Below, piece by piece: positions 46,101 through 54,337 of a stretch of 60,044 bases of DNA (the stretch's first letter is position 1; each line of letters begins with the position of its first letter). The stretch comes from an uncultured Rhodanobacteraceae bacterium (GTDB taxonomy: Bacteria; Pseudomonadota; Gammaproteobacteria; Xanthomonadales; Rhodanobacteraceae): positions 1 through 60,044 of the forward strand of contig CBFGSA010000001.1 of the NCBI GenBank assembly GCA_965651365.1, read 5' to 3'. The position numbers were made by a program, and so were the translations under genes. A model generated the notes under the pieces. It ran no database searches and had not been told where the DNA came from. It saw only the letters and a program-made list of their open reading frames with translations.

Positions 46101-46679
46101 GATCGCTTTGAGCAAGGCGATTCAGGCTCCAACAGCGGCGGCAGCGGTCTCGGACTTGCCATTTGCAAGGAGCTGGTGGCCTTGATGGGGGGCGAAATCG
46201 AAGTCGATTCCGAGCCCGGTGTTGGCAGCACATTTCGTGTCATTCTGCCATTGCCTGCTTGCGATGTGGCGACCCGTTCAGACGCCGCGGAAACCGGCCA
46301 GGGTATGCGCGAGCAGAAGATCCTGCTGGTCGAAGACGATGCCACCATTGCCCGGGTTCTGCTCGGGCTGTTGAAGGAAATGGGCCATCAGGCCAGTCAT
46401 GCAGCCAATGCACTGGCGGCCCTGGCCGAGCTTGAGGGTGGCCGTTTCGACACCGTGCTGGTCGATATCGACTTGCCGGATCTCGATGGCTTCGAGCTGA
46501 TCCGGATGCTGCGTGCGCGCCCCGAAGGCCGACGCTGGCGCATCATCGTGGTCACCGCACGTTCCAACCGCGACGATGAAACCCGGGCCGAACAGGCCGG
46601 TGCCGACGACTTCCTGCGCAAGCCGGTGACCGGGCGCCAGCTGCAGGTTGCGCTCGGCAAGGACCAGCGGCCAGGTTGA
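43170..46679 (+). CDS. hybrid sensor histidine kinase/response regulator with two-component-regulator propeller (Reg_prop) repeats and Y_Y_Y domain
   Basis: Repeated D..G.(L/I)W(V/I)G...GL.R motifs. TM segment, H-box HEIRTPMTGVLG, HATPase G-boxes DSGQGM and GGSGLGLAICK. C-terminal REC domain (LLVEDD...DIDLPDLDG...K). Confidence 0.88.
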   Translation: MLGAVFMVGALLSSAASPPVGLPPTPWFRRYGVSEGLPSSRVYATVQDRADYIWVGTGDGLARFDGQNFRVYRHDPGHADSLAANDVSALLVDDQGQLWVGGGDNGLNRLNSAGTGFDHWLHDSNKADSLSGNDVMGLAQDADGRIWVGVYAGGVNRLKPDGSGFVHWRHKAGDPGSLASDNVMSLHAGRAGRVWIGTDKGLDLIEPDGHLRHIPFAGSPTAPWVWQIRGEDEDVRLGTSDGLYRVGKDGVARRWPGEKNRHGDVFASLRDRSGEVWVGGRGAVRLHTGTGRSYSFPTRPMVPGGLSARTVVDVEVDREGGLWLSSADAGLFYLGPDWRDFSRFAHIPEDPKSLSSSRIMALAVDDEGQLLVGGMAGQLDLLDPATGKALHLGGAGRLPSTSVLSLAPDGPGRVWIGMQGHLYLHDGKHLREVPDPRLKTGIRDLLVQADHSVLVSPLGQGIVRVNPQSLAVSEVALAFDAAQAGQTLHLAQIGHEVWRASAGGLSRLTADGTRFAPVGGVKSGRINAFVASGQQVWLARPDALEQYRRDGKQLLLTRTVSAADGFPAINISRLVIDDDGRVWMTSRVGLWRFDPSSGKFRRYGTADGLPSPEFTDTLVRLPGGVVFAGTLSGVAGFQPDRLHDHARRPAIALEELSVQRDGQRVRLDANADRVHLAWDDRNLQATVKALSYINPERNHYRFRMTGFDSEWVDTGARGSREFTGLRAGDYSLEAEAAGASNTWSRLPQAIKITVAAPPWRTPLAWAVYLAATLLLAVLVWRTLKLRLHRRMEIELLDEQRRLAEDANAAKTRFLATMGHEIRTPMTGVLGMAELLTHTRLDAEQKDMVGTLRHSGEVLLKLVNDALDLARIEAGRFELEQRPVDPVALLHEVSALETGLASGKGIALRVDVGNGIPARVRGDAIRLRQILLNLTSNAIKYTQDGTVMLALDMVDGRLCYRVTDSGQGMDAELKRRLFDRFEQGDSGSNSGGSGLGLAICKELVALMGGEIEVDSEPGVGSTFRVILPLPACDVATRSDAAETGQGMREQKILLVEDDATIARVLLGLLKEMGHQASHAANALAALAELEGGRFDTVLVDIDLPDLDGFELIRMLRARPEGRRWRIIVVTARSNRDDETRAEQAGADDFLRKPVTGRQLQVALGKDQRPG

Positions 46680-46690
46680 GACATGAGATT

Positions 46691-47290
46691 TCAGGGCGCG
46701 CGGTCTTTCAGGGCACGCGTCACTTCGGCCTTGAGCACAGGCAATACCCGGTCGGCAAACCAGGGGTTGCGCTGGAACCAGCCGACATTGCGCGGGCTGG
46801 GGTGGGGCAGCACGAAATATCCTTGGCCCAGATGCTCGCGCCACTGACGGCAGGCCTCGGTCATGTTGCGGGCGGCCTTCGGTCCGAGCTTGTGGCGAAT
46901 GGCGTAGCTGCCGACCAGCAGGGTCAGGCACACCTCGGTCAGCCGCGGCAGCAGACGCGGATGCCAGGTGGGCGCACATTCGCGCCGCGGCGGCAGGTCG
47001 CCGGACTGGCCCTTTCCCGGGTAGCAAAAACCCATCGGCATGATCGCCACCCGACGCGGATCGTGGAAGGTCTTCTTGTCGATACCCATCCAGTCACGCA
47101 ATTTGTCGCCGCTGGGGTCATCAAACGGAACACCGCTTTCATGCACGCGCCGCCCCGGTGCCTGGCTGATGATCAGCAAACGCGCTGTGCTGGAAGCCTG
47201 CAGCACCGGCCGCGGACCCAGCGGCAAATGCGCCTCGCAAATCCGGCAGGCACGGATTTCGGCCAGCGAAGAATCCAGAGAACGGGTCAT
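46691..47290 (-). CDS. uracil-DNA glycosylase family protein
   Basis: CRICEAHLPLGPRPV...LLIISQAPG...HPSPRN follows the UDG-superfamily motif A/B pattern. Confidence 0.7.
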   Translation of the reverse strand: MTRSLDSSLAEIRACRICEAHLPLGPRPVLQASSTARLLIISQAPGRRVHESGVPFDDPSGDKLRDWMGIDKKTFHDPRRVAIMPMGFCYPGKGQSGDLPPRRECAPTWHPRLLPRLTEVCLTLLVGSYAIRHKLGPKAARNMTEACRQWREHLGQGYFVLPHPSPRNVGWFQRNPWFADRVLPVLKAEVTRALKDRAP

Positions 47291-47391
47291 TTGCTCACGA
47301 TAGCAGCAGGTCGGGATCAGGCGCAGCTTGAATGCGACGCCACACCGGCCACCGCCGCGGCGTCAGAACCGGCCCCGACCTCCGGACATGC

Positions 47392-48813
47392 TCACTTGCG
47401 CAAGGGCAGCAGGCCGAAGCCATCCGCGAAGATACTGTCGGACGGCATTGCATCAACTTCGACGGCCCCGAGGTCGCAGCGCGCAGCAAGACCCGCGCTG
47501 AGCGGATCCGGCCGCGGTGCGCCACGTTGGTCCTGGAATGGTGCCCGGCTGCAGGAGACGGCATCAATGGCTGCACTCCAATCCTGCGGCAGCATGGTCG
47601 GCGTGAATCCGCCGTTGTCCTGGAGCGGTCCCAGCAAGGGATCGGCGATGACGACCGCCTGACAGTTTGCACCGACCGGGCAACCTGCATGGACAATCGA
47701 TCGCTGGATTGTCATCGTCGACACACCCCCGACAAATTCGCCAGCATAAGCGTTGCCAGTATCCCAGATGATGGCATTTCTGATCGCCGCGCCACAGGTG
47801 CCGTTGTTGCACGACAGCTGCATGGCATTGCCCTGGGCGCTGGCCTGGTTGCCGGAAAAAGTCACGTTCGTCAGGATCGGACTCACGTGACCGCTGGTTG
47901 ACGCGCTTCCGCTGATCGCGCCGCCATACATGGACGTATTGCCCACAAAGCTCGCGTTGACAATAATCGGATCGCTGCGGCCATTGGCATAGCCGCCGTT
48001 ATAGATTGCGCCACCGGCGACATCTGCGCTGTTGTGCGCAAAGGTGGCGCGTTCGATCCGCGGGCTGCTGTTGCCGTTGCTGTATCCGGAATTGTAGATT
48101 GCGCCGCCGCGTTCGGTTGCCCGGTTGGAGACGAAGGACACATCCGCCAGACGGGCCGTGCTGGCGGCTCCGGCCTCGCCTCCAAAATAGATGCCCCCGC
48201 CGTTCGCGGCGCGGTTTCCCTGGAAGCGGAGCCGACGCAGTTGCGGGCTGCATTCGGATGTGGTTTTGAGCGATGCCCGACACCACAAGCCACCGCCGTC
48301 GTCCGTGGAGTCGGCCGCGGTGATGATGAATCCGTCCAGCACGGTCGACGGGCCAATCGGCACGTCATTGCCGTTCATGGTTACCACATGTTCGCTGTTC
48401 GTTCCGACGATGGCGCTCGTGTCCGGTGTGATGCCGTCACTGTCGATTGCATCGTTGTTGTCGATGTCGCCGGAAAGGATGGTCAGGTGGGCCGCCGGGT
48501 CGCGCTGTGCGCGTGCGGTCTCGTTGCCGGAAAACCCGCCAAACACCCGCGTGTCGGCGGGCACGACAAAACTCTCGCCGGGCGAGCTGCCCGGTTTGTA
48601 GCGACCCGACGCAACCCAGATTTCGGTGCAAGCGGGGGAATGCAAGGCACCTTGCAGGGGCATTGCGCTGGCCCAGGTGGTGCCGTCGTTGCCGGCCAAG
48701 CCGTTCACGGCAACGCGGCAGGTGCCGGCCTCTGCGGCACCTGCTCCCAGCAGTGTCAGGCCGACCAGGAAACAAGCGTTCGTGAGGATATGAGAAAAGG
48801 AGAGGCGATTCAT
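47392..48813 (-). CDS. secreted beta-helix protein with choice-of-anchor Q domain (paralog ii)
   Basis: Signal peptide. TCRVAVNG...GALHSPACTEIWV, RAQRDPAAHLTILSGDID, GGAIY rungs, DPLLGPLQDNGGFTPT...DQRGAPRP...CDLGAVE. AAGGAG Shine-Dalgarno sequence 6 nt before the ATG. Confidence 0.85.
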   Translation of the reverse strand: MNRLSFSHILTNACFLVGLTLLGAGAAEAGTCRVAVNGLAGNDGTTWASAMPLQGALHSPACTEIWVASGRYKPGSSPGESFVVPADTRVFGGFSGNETARAQRDPAAHLTILSGDIDNNDAIDSDGITPDTSAIVGTNSEHVVTMNGNDVPIGPSTVLDGFIITAADSTDDGGGLWCRASLKTTSECSPQLRRLRFQGNRAANGGGIYFGGEAGAASTARLADVSFVSNRATERGGAIYNSGYSNGNSSPRIERATFAHNSADVAGGAIYNGGYANGRSDPIIVNASFVGNTSMYGGAISGSASTSGHVSPILTNVTFSGNQASAQGNAMQLSCNNGTCGAAIRNAIIWDTGNAYAGEFVGGVSTMTIQRSIVHAGCPVGANCQAVVIADPLLGPLQDNGGFTPTMLPQDWSAAIDAVSCSRAPFQDQRGAPRPDPLSAGLAARCDLGAVEVDAMPSDSIFADGFGLLPLRK

Positions 48814-48910
48814 GACGACTCCTTGCAGTGAAGGTCTGTTTCTGTCAACGACACTCGCGCGCCAATCCCATCATGCCCGAAGCGGCCGGGAAATCAATTC
48901 GCAGTAGACT

Positions 48911-49492
48911 TTGAGGCCTGATTCCGGATTTGCGGGAGATGTGGTGGTAGCGATCAGCGAACAACTGCAGGCGTGGCGCGGTGGTGATGCGGAGGCTTTC
49001 CGTACCCTGCTGCCCCAGGTCTATGCCGAATTGCGCCGCATCGCGGGACGCCTGATGCACGAGCAGTCGCCGGCCCACACCCTGCAGCCGACCGCGCTGG
49101 CCAACGAGGCCTGGCTGAAGCTGGCGGGCAGCGGCGTGATCTGCCGCGACCACGCACATTTCATGGCGGTGGCGGCGCGCGCCATGCGCCAGATCCTGGT
49201 CGACCATGCCCGCGCTCTGTCACGCAAGAAGCGCGATGGCGGCGTGCGCGTGTCATTGACTCTGGCCAGCGGTGAACTGTTGGCCGCCGACGAAAATCTG
49301 CTGGCACTCGAGGACGGTCTGGTGGCGCTGGAAACCGAGGAACCGCGCGCGGCCCAGGTCACCGAACTGTACTACTACGGCGGCATGACCTATGCCGAAA
49401 TGGCCGAAGTGGTTGGTGTTTCTCCGGCCACGATCGATCGTGACCTGCGTTTTGCGCGCGCCTGGCTGGCCGACCGGATGGCGAATCCGTGA
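48911..49492 (+). CDS. ECF-type sigma factor (Sigma70_ECF / TIGR02999-like, the kinase-associated ECF group)
   Basis: LQAWRGGDAEAFRTLLPQVYAELRRIAGRLMHEQSPAHTLQPTALANEAWLKL is the family hallmark as I recall it. C-terminal sigma-4 HTH (MTYAEMAEVVGVSPATIDRDLRFAR). Start uncertain (TTG 48911 or GTG 48941). Confidence 0.8.
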   Translation: MRPDSGFAGDVVVAISEQLQAWRGGDAEAFRTLLPQVYAELRRIAGRLMHEQSPAHTLQPTALANEAWLKLAGSGVICRDHAHFMAVAARAMRQILVDHARALSRKKRDGGVRVSLTLASGELLAADENLLALEDGLVALETEEPRAAQVTELYYYGGMTYAEMAEVVGVSPATIDRDLRFARAWLADRMANP

Positions 49493-52014
49493 CCCGCGTC
49501 GGGTCCACGCTGAAGGAGCAGTTCGAGCGTGCGCTGGAAATGGGTGCGCCCGAACGCGAGGCATGGCTGGCGTCCCTGCGCGCCATGGATCCGCAACGTG
49601 CCGCACGCCTCGAACGGCTCATTGCTCAGGATGCCGGAGGTGTCGACCCGTTCGGCCGTTCCATTGAATCGCTCAAGCGCAGCCTCGACTTCAAGGCCAA
49701 CCATTGGGTCGGTCGCGAGATTGCCGGTTTCCGGCTGGTTCGGCTGCTGGGCGAAGGCGGCATGGGTGCGGTGTTTCTGGCCGAACGTCACACGGCCGAC
49801 CTGCGCCAGCTCGTGGCGCTGAAGCTGCTGCGGGGCCAATGGCTGGATGAGCGTGCGGTGGCCCGTTTTGGCGACGAACGGCGCATTCTGGCGCGGCTCC
49901 ACCACCCGAACATTGCCACCCTGATTGATGCCGGAGCCGACAGCGACGGACGGCCGTTCCTGGCGATGGAATTCATCGACGGCGTGCCGCTGGGTGAGTA
50001 TTGCGACCGGGCCGGCCTGGATGTGCCGCAGCGCCTGCGCTTGTGCCGCGGCCTGCTTTCGGCCCTGGCGTATGCCCACCGCATGCTGGTGGTGCATCAT
50101 GATCTCAAGCCGGGCAATGTTCTGGTCACTCCCGACGGGACGTCCAAGCTGCTCGATTTCGGCATTGCACGCCTGATTGACAACGATGCGCTGGAACGGG
50201 CGACTGCCACGCGCCCCTTCACGCCGGCGTATGCCAGCCCGGAGCAGATGGCGGGCGAGGCGGTGGGCACGGCCAGTGACGTGTACAGCATGGGCGTACT
50301 GTTGTACGAACTGGTTGTCGGCGTGTTGCCTCGGGGCGGGTCGGTGCGCCCCGGGACGGAGGCCGGGTTGACGCTGCCGGCAACCCGCTTCCGGCAGCTC
50401 GATCCGCAGAAGCGCCACGAATTGGCGCGCCAGCGCGGTGGTGATGCACGCGCGCTGCTGCGCTCCCTGCGCGGCAATCTCGGTCGGGTCATCGAGCGCG
50501 CGCTGAAGCCCGACCCCGAGCATCGATACGCAACGATGGAAGCGCTGGCCGGCGATCTGGAAGCGGTGCTGGCCGGGCGCCCCCCCTCCGGCATTCACAC
50601 CACGCGCGCGGCACGGGCGATGGCGTTCGGCCGCCGTCACGCCTGGCCGCTGGCGCTGGCGGCTTTGGCGCTCCTTGCCGGCGGCGGCGTGCTGGTGCAG
50701 GCCTGGATCGGTGCCAGGAGCTTGCAGCTTGAACGCGACCGGGCGCTGGTGGCGGCTGAAAAATCGCAGCAGATTGCCGGCTTTGTCGAAGCCATGCTCA
50801 GTGCCGTCGATCCGGACCGCGCCCAAGGCATGGACCGCAAGCTGATGTCCCTGGTGCTGGATTCGGCCGGCCAGCGGGCACAGCACGATCTGGCCGGACA
50901 GCCGGACGTGCGCATGGCCATCGAGCGCACCATTGCGCGCAGCTACAACAGCATCGGCGAGTACGCGCGGGCCGTGCACCATTTCGACCTCGCGCTGGGA
51001 GCCGTGAACAAGGCCGGCAGCTCCCCGGCGCAACGGGTGGACCTGCTGGCGAACAAGGCTCGAGCACTGGGCAACAAGGGTGATCGGGACGGGGCGGTGA
51101 CGGCCGCACGCCAGGCCGTGGTGCTGGCCGGGGCGCTGCCCGAGGATTCACGTGCGCGCCTGTTTGCGGAGAGCACTCTGGCCGGTTTCCAGTGCGACAG
51201 CGGTCACTTCAAATCCTGCCGCACCGCCTACGCCCAGGTACTCCCGGTCCAGCAGCGTGCGCTGGGAGCGACCGACCCGGACACCGAGGAAAGCCTGCGC
51301 GGCCTGGCCTATGCCCAGTCCAGACTGGGCCACTTCGGGCCGGCACGTGCGCTGTACGGCGAACTTCTTGCACAGGTGCGAAAACAGTATGGCGAAGACG
51401 ATTCGCGCACGCTGAACACCATCAACGGGCTGGCCATCACCTGGCTTGAGCAAAAGCAGTTTGCGCGGGCCGAAAAACTGCTGCAGCCGGCCGTGCAGCG
51501 CGCCGAAAAGATCTTTGGTCCCGACCATCCGCTGACTATCAACATGCTGTCCAACCTGGGCGGCGCGATTCGTCAGCAGCGCGGCCGCAATGCCGAGGCG
51601 CGGCCGTACTACGAAAAGGTGCTGGCGGTGACCCGCGAACGGTACGGTCCGGACAGCATGCGCACCGTTTTCGCCGAAAGCAACCTGGCTTCGCTGCTGC
51701 GCGATGCAGGTGAGCTGAAGGCTGCCGAGCAGCACATGCGCACGGCGATGGCGCACATGGACGCGGCCTTCGGCAGTGACAGCGTCTATCGTGGCATGCT
51801 GCTCGATACTCTCGGCAGCATCCTTGTGGCGGAGCACAAGCATGCCGAGGCCGCGCACATTCTGGATCGGGCTTGGGCGATATTCGACCGCGCGGGCTAC
51901 GCCGCGGATAATCCGGCCGTGCAGTCGGTAGTCGAGCATTGCGTCGAGCTGTACAGCGCATGGGGCCAGCCCGAAGAGGTCGCGCGCTGGAAATCCAGGC
52001 TCAAGTCCCCGTAG
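49489..52014 (+). CDS. Ser/Thr protein kinase with one TM segment and C-terminal TPR repeats
   Basis: GEGGMGAVFLA, HHDLKPGNVLV, DFGIARL, ASPEQ. TM segment AWPLALAALALLAGGGVLV. TPR_12-like repeats. The GTG start overlaps the sigma stop (GTGA). Confidence 0.88.
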   Translation: MTRVGSTLKEQFERALEMGAPEREAWLASLRAMDPQRAARLERLIAQDAGGVDPFGRSIESLKRSLDFKANHWVGREIAGFRLVRLLGEGGMGAVFLAERHTADLRQLVALKLLRGQWLDERAVARFGDERRILARLHHPNIATLIDAGADSDGRPFLAMEFIDGVPLGEYCDRAGLDVPQRLRLCRGLLSALAYAHRMLVVHHDLKPGNVLVTPDGTSKLLDFGIARLIDNDALERATATRPFTPAYASPEQMAGEAVGTASDVYSMGVLLYELVVGVLPRGGSVRPGTEAGLTLPATRFRQLDPQKRHELARQRGGDARALLRSLRGNLGRVIERALKPDPEHRYATMEALAGDLEAVLAGRPPSGIHTTRAARAMAFGRRHAWPLALAALALLAGGGVLVQAWIGARSLQLERDRALVAAEKSQQIAGFVEAMLSAVDPDRAQGMDRKLMSLVLDSAGQRAQHDLAGQPDVRMAIERTIARSYNSIGEYARAVHHFDLALGAVNKAGSSPAQRVDLLANKARALGNKGDRDGAVTAARQAVVLAGALPEDSRARLFAESTLAGFQCDSGHFKSCRTAYAQVLPVQQRALGATDPDTEESLRGLAYAQSRLGHFGPARALYGELLAQVRKQYGEDDSRTLNTINGLAITWLEQKQFARAEKLLQPAVQRAEKIFGPDHPLTINMLSNLGGAIRQQRGRNAEARPYYEKVLAVTRERYGPDSMRTVFAESNLASLLRDAGELKAAEQHMRTAMAHMDAAFGSDSVYRGMLLDTLGSILVAEHKHAEAAHILDRAWAIFDRAGYAADNPAVQSVVEHCVELYSAWGQPEEVARWKSRLKSP

Positions 52015-52179
52015 GGCGGGATCGGCGCAGCCGGACGCGACAGAGGCAGTAGCCACTGGAGCCCGTCCAAGCGCGAAACGCGGGAAACATCATCCGCGAT
52101 GAGGTGATCGGCCAGGCAATGTCGTGATACCGGGCAAGGCGCGGTTTTGCGCGCCATCCAGCCATTCCGGGAGATTGCC

Positions 52180-54212
52180 ATGCTGCACGACATCAGATTC
52201 CACCATTCCATCCTTCGGCCCCGCCGGTTGCTGTTGTTGCTTGGCATGTTGGCCATGAGCGGTGGCGGGATCGCCAGCGCCGACGCCGCCACCTGCCGCG
52301 TCAGCACGAGCGGAAGTGCCGCCAGCGACGGCAGCAGCTGGCTTGCCGCGAAAAGTCTGCAGGGCGCACTCGCAGATACCACCTGCACGGAGCTGTGGCT
52401 CAAGGCGGGGGTGTACCTGCCCGTGGTGCCGGCGGACCCGGGCCATGTCACTGACACCGAGCGTGGCATCAGTTTCGACATCCGGCCCGGGCTGGCCGTG
52501 TACGGCGGCTTTGTCGGCACCGAGGTCACGCGAGCCCAGCGCGATCCGGACCTGCATCGCACCATCCTGTCCGGTGATATCGATGGCAATGACAGTGTCG
52601 ATGCCGACGGAGTGACCGCCGATGCCGATGACATCGTCGGCGACAACAGCTATCAGGTGGTGCTGATGGATGGCACCACCGATACCCCGATCGGACCGGA
52701 CACGGTTCTCGATGGCCTGACCATCACCGCCGGCAGTGCGCAGACGTCTCAACAGTGGGGCGGCGGCGGTTTGTTCTGCGACGGAAGCGGTGCCGGCAGC
52801 AAGTGCAGTCCGAGTCTGGACAACCTGCGCTTTGTGGGCAACCAGGCCTATTACGGTGGTGCGATGTATTTCTACGGCGGCGAAGGTGAAGCCAGCCCGA
52901 CGCTGACGCGGGTCGTGGTCCGCGGCAATGCGGCCAGCGATGCCGGCGGAGGCCTGGTGGCCGACGTGGCGTCCGGCACGTATCCCGGGCAGAGTCGGGT
53001 GACCATCGTGGCCGCGCGCTTCATCGACAACCGGACAAGGTTTGACGCTGGCGGCCCCGCGGTGTACCAGCTCAACGGCGGCGGTGCGATCGCCACGCTG
53101 GCCAGTGGCACCGGGCTTCCCGATCTACACCTGAGCATCACCGACAGCAGCTTTGTCAACAACACCTCGCCTGCCCAGGGCGGTGCTTTGCTGTTTGCCT
53201 GCCCCAGGTTCGTGGGATCGCCGATGTCGACGCTGACACTGTCCGATGTCACCTTTGCCAGCAATCACGCGGAGTACAACGGCGGTGCCATCGCCGTTGC
53301 CGGCAAGTATTCGCCGCTGGCGGCAAGTATTCGCCGCTGGCGGCCACCCTGCGCAACGTCACCTTCGCCGACAACACGGCCGACAATGGTGGCGGCCTGA
53401 TGATCGACGGCATGGGTTCCAGTGATCCGCAGCTAACGCTGGACATGCACAACACCATTCTGTGGGGCAACATCGCCACCAATTCGGGCTCCCAGATTGC
53501 CAACCGGAGATTCACCGCGACAATCGAGCACAGCCTGATCCAGGGCGGTTGCCCGGGGGGCACAACGTGCAGCGTGATCGTCACCAGCGATCCCCTGCTG
53601 GGGTCGTTGGCCGACAACGGCGGCTTCACCCGCACCCTGCTGCCGGCGCCGGGCAGCGCCGCCATCGATGCCGGCAACGATGCGAGCTGCACCGCGCAGG
53701 ACCAGCGCGGCATTCAGCGGCCGCAAGGCTGGCACTGCGACATCGGCGCCGTCGAGGTCGGCGGGCAGCCGGTGCTGAGCGTCAGCGACGGCAATGACTA
53801 TGCCCGTTACGGCCAGACCCTGCAGTACGTGGTGATCCTGCACAACCCGGCATCGGCGACGTTTGCCGGCGTTACGGTGTCTGCCAATGTGCCGAGCCAG
53901 CTCGACGGCAATTCCATGCACTGGACCTGCCTGTCGCCGCCATCGCTTTGCACCGCCTCGGGCAACGGCCCGCTCAATGATGCGGCTGCGAACCTGCCGC
54001 CGTACGGCAGCATCAGCTGGCTGGTCAGCGCACCGGTACGCAATGATGCCGACGAAACGGGAGGCATCCAGTTCACGGCAAGCGCCGGTGCGGCTGGCGG
54101 TCTCAGTCAGCAGGTGACCGATACCGACACGCTGGGCCTGTTCCGCGATGGCTTTGACACCAGTGGCGCCAACGGTACCAACGCGACCGGTCTGCCGGCG
54201 GTTTCGCGGTGA
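52180..54212 (+). pseudogene. beta-helix / choice-of-anchor Q / DUF11-like surface protein (paralog iii) frameshifted by a 20-bp tandem duplication
   Basis: Track ORFs 52147-53400 and 53400-54212 are consecutive parts of one protein. Deleting one 20-bp copy restores ...AIAVAGKYSPLAATLRNVTFADNTADNGGGLMIDGMGSS... as a continuous 670-aa frame. Confidence 0.85.
53301..53340 (+). repeat. perfect 2 x 20-bp tandem duplication CGGCAAGTATTCGCCGCTGG, followed by CGGC microhomology
   Basis: Read directly: 53301-53320 equals 53321-53340, and 53341-53344 repeats the first 4 nt. Confidence 0.95.
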
Positions 54213-54258
54213 TATCGAGTTTGCACTGTGCGCGACCCCGGCCTGCGGTCAGGCGAGC

Positions 54259-54337
54259 GTAGGTCGGGACCAGCGAAGCTGGACCCGACGACTCGATCCG
54301 CAGTGTCGGGTTCGCGCTTTGCGCGATCCCGACCTAC
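54259..54337. repeat. two GTAGGTCGGGA...CCCGAC-type REP hairpins between convergent genes
   Basis: GTCGGGACCAGC-GAA-GCTGGACCCGAC and GTCGGGTTCGCGC-TT-TGCGCGATCCCGAC. The second unit contains the TAG stop of the BON gene (minus strand). Confidence 0.75.

Noticed and set aside
48814-48860. TTGACA on the minus strand upstream of beta-helix paralog ii, considered as its promoter or an ECF target.
   Set aside because: It lies only about 30 nt from the ATG, overlaps the position of the Shine-Dalgarno sequence, and has no matching -10 element. I found no motif shared with the region upstream of paralog iii.
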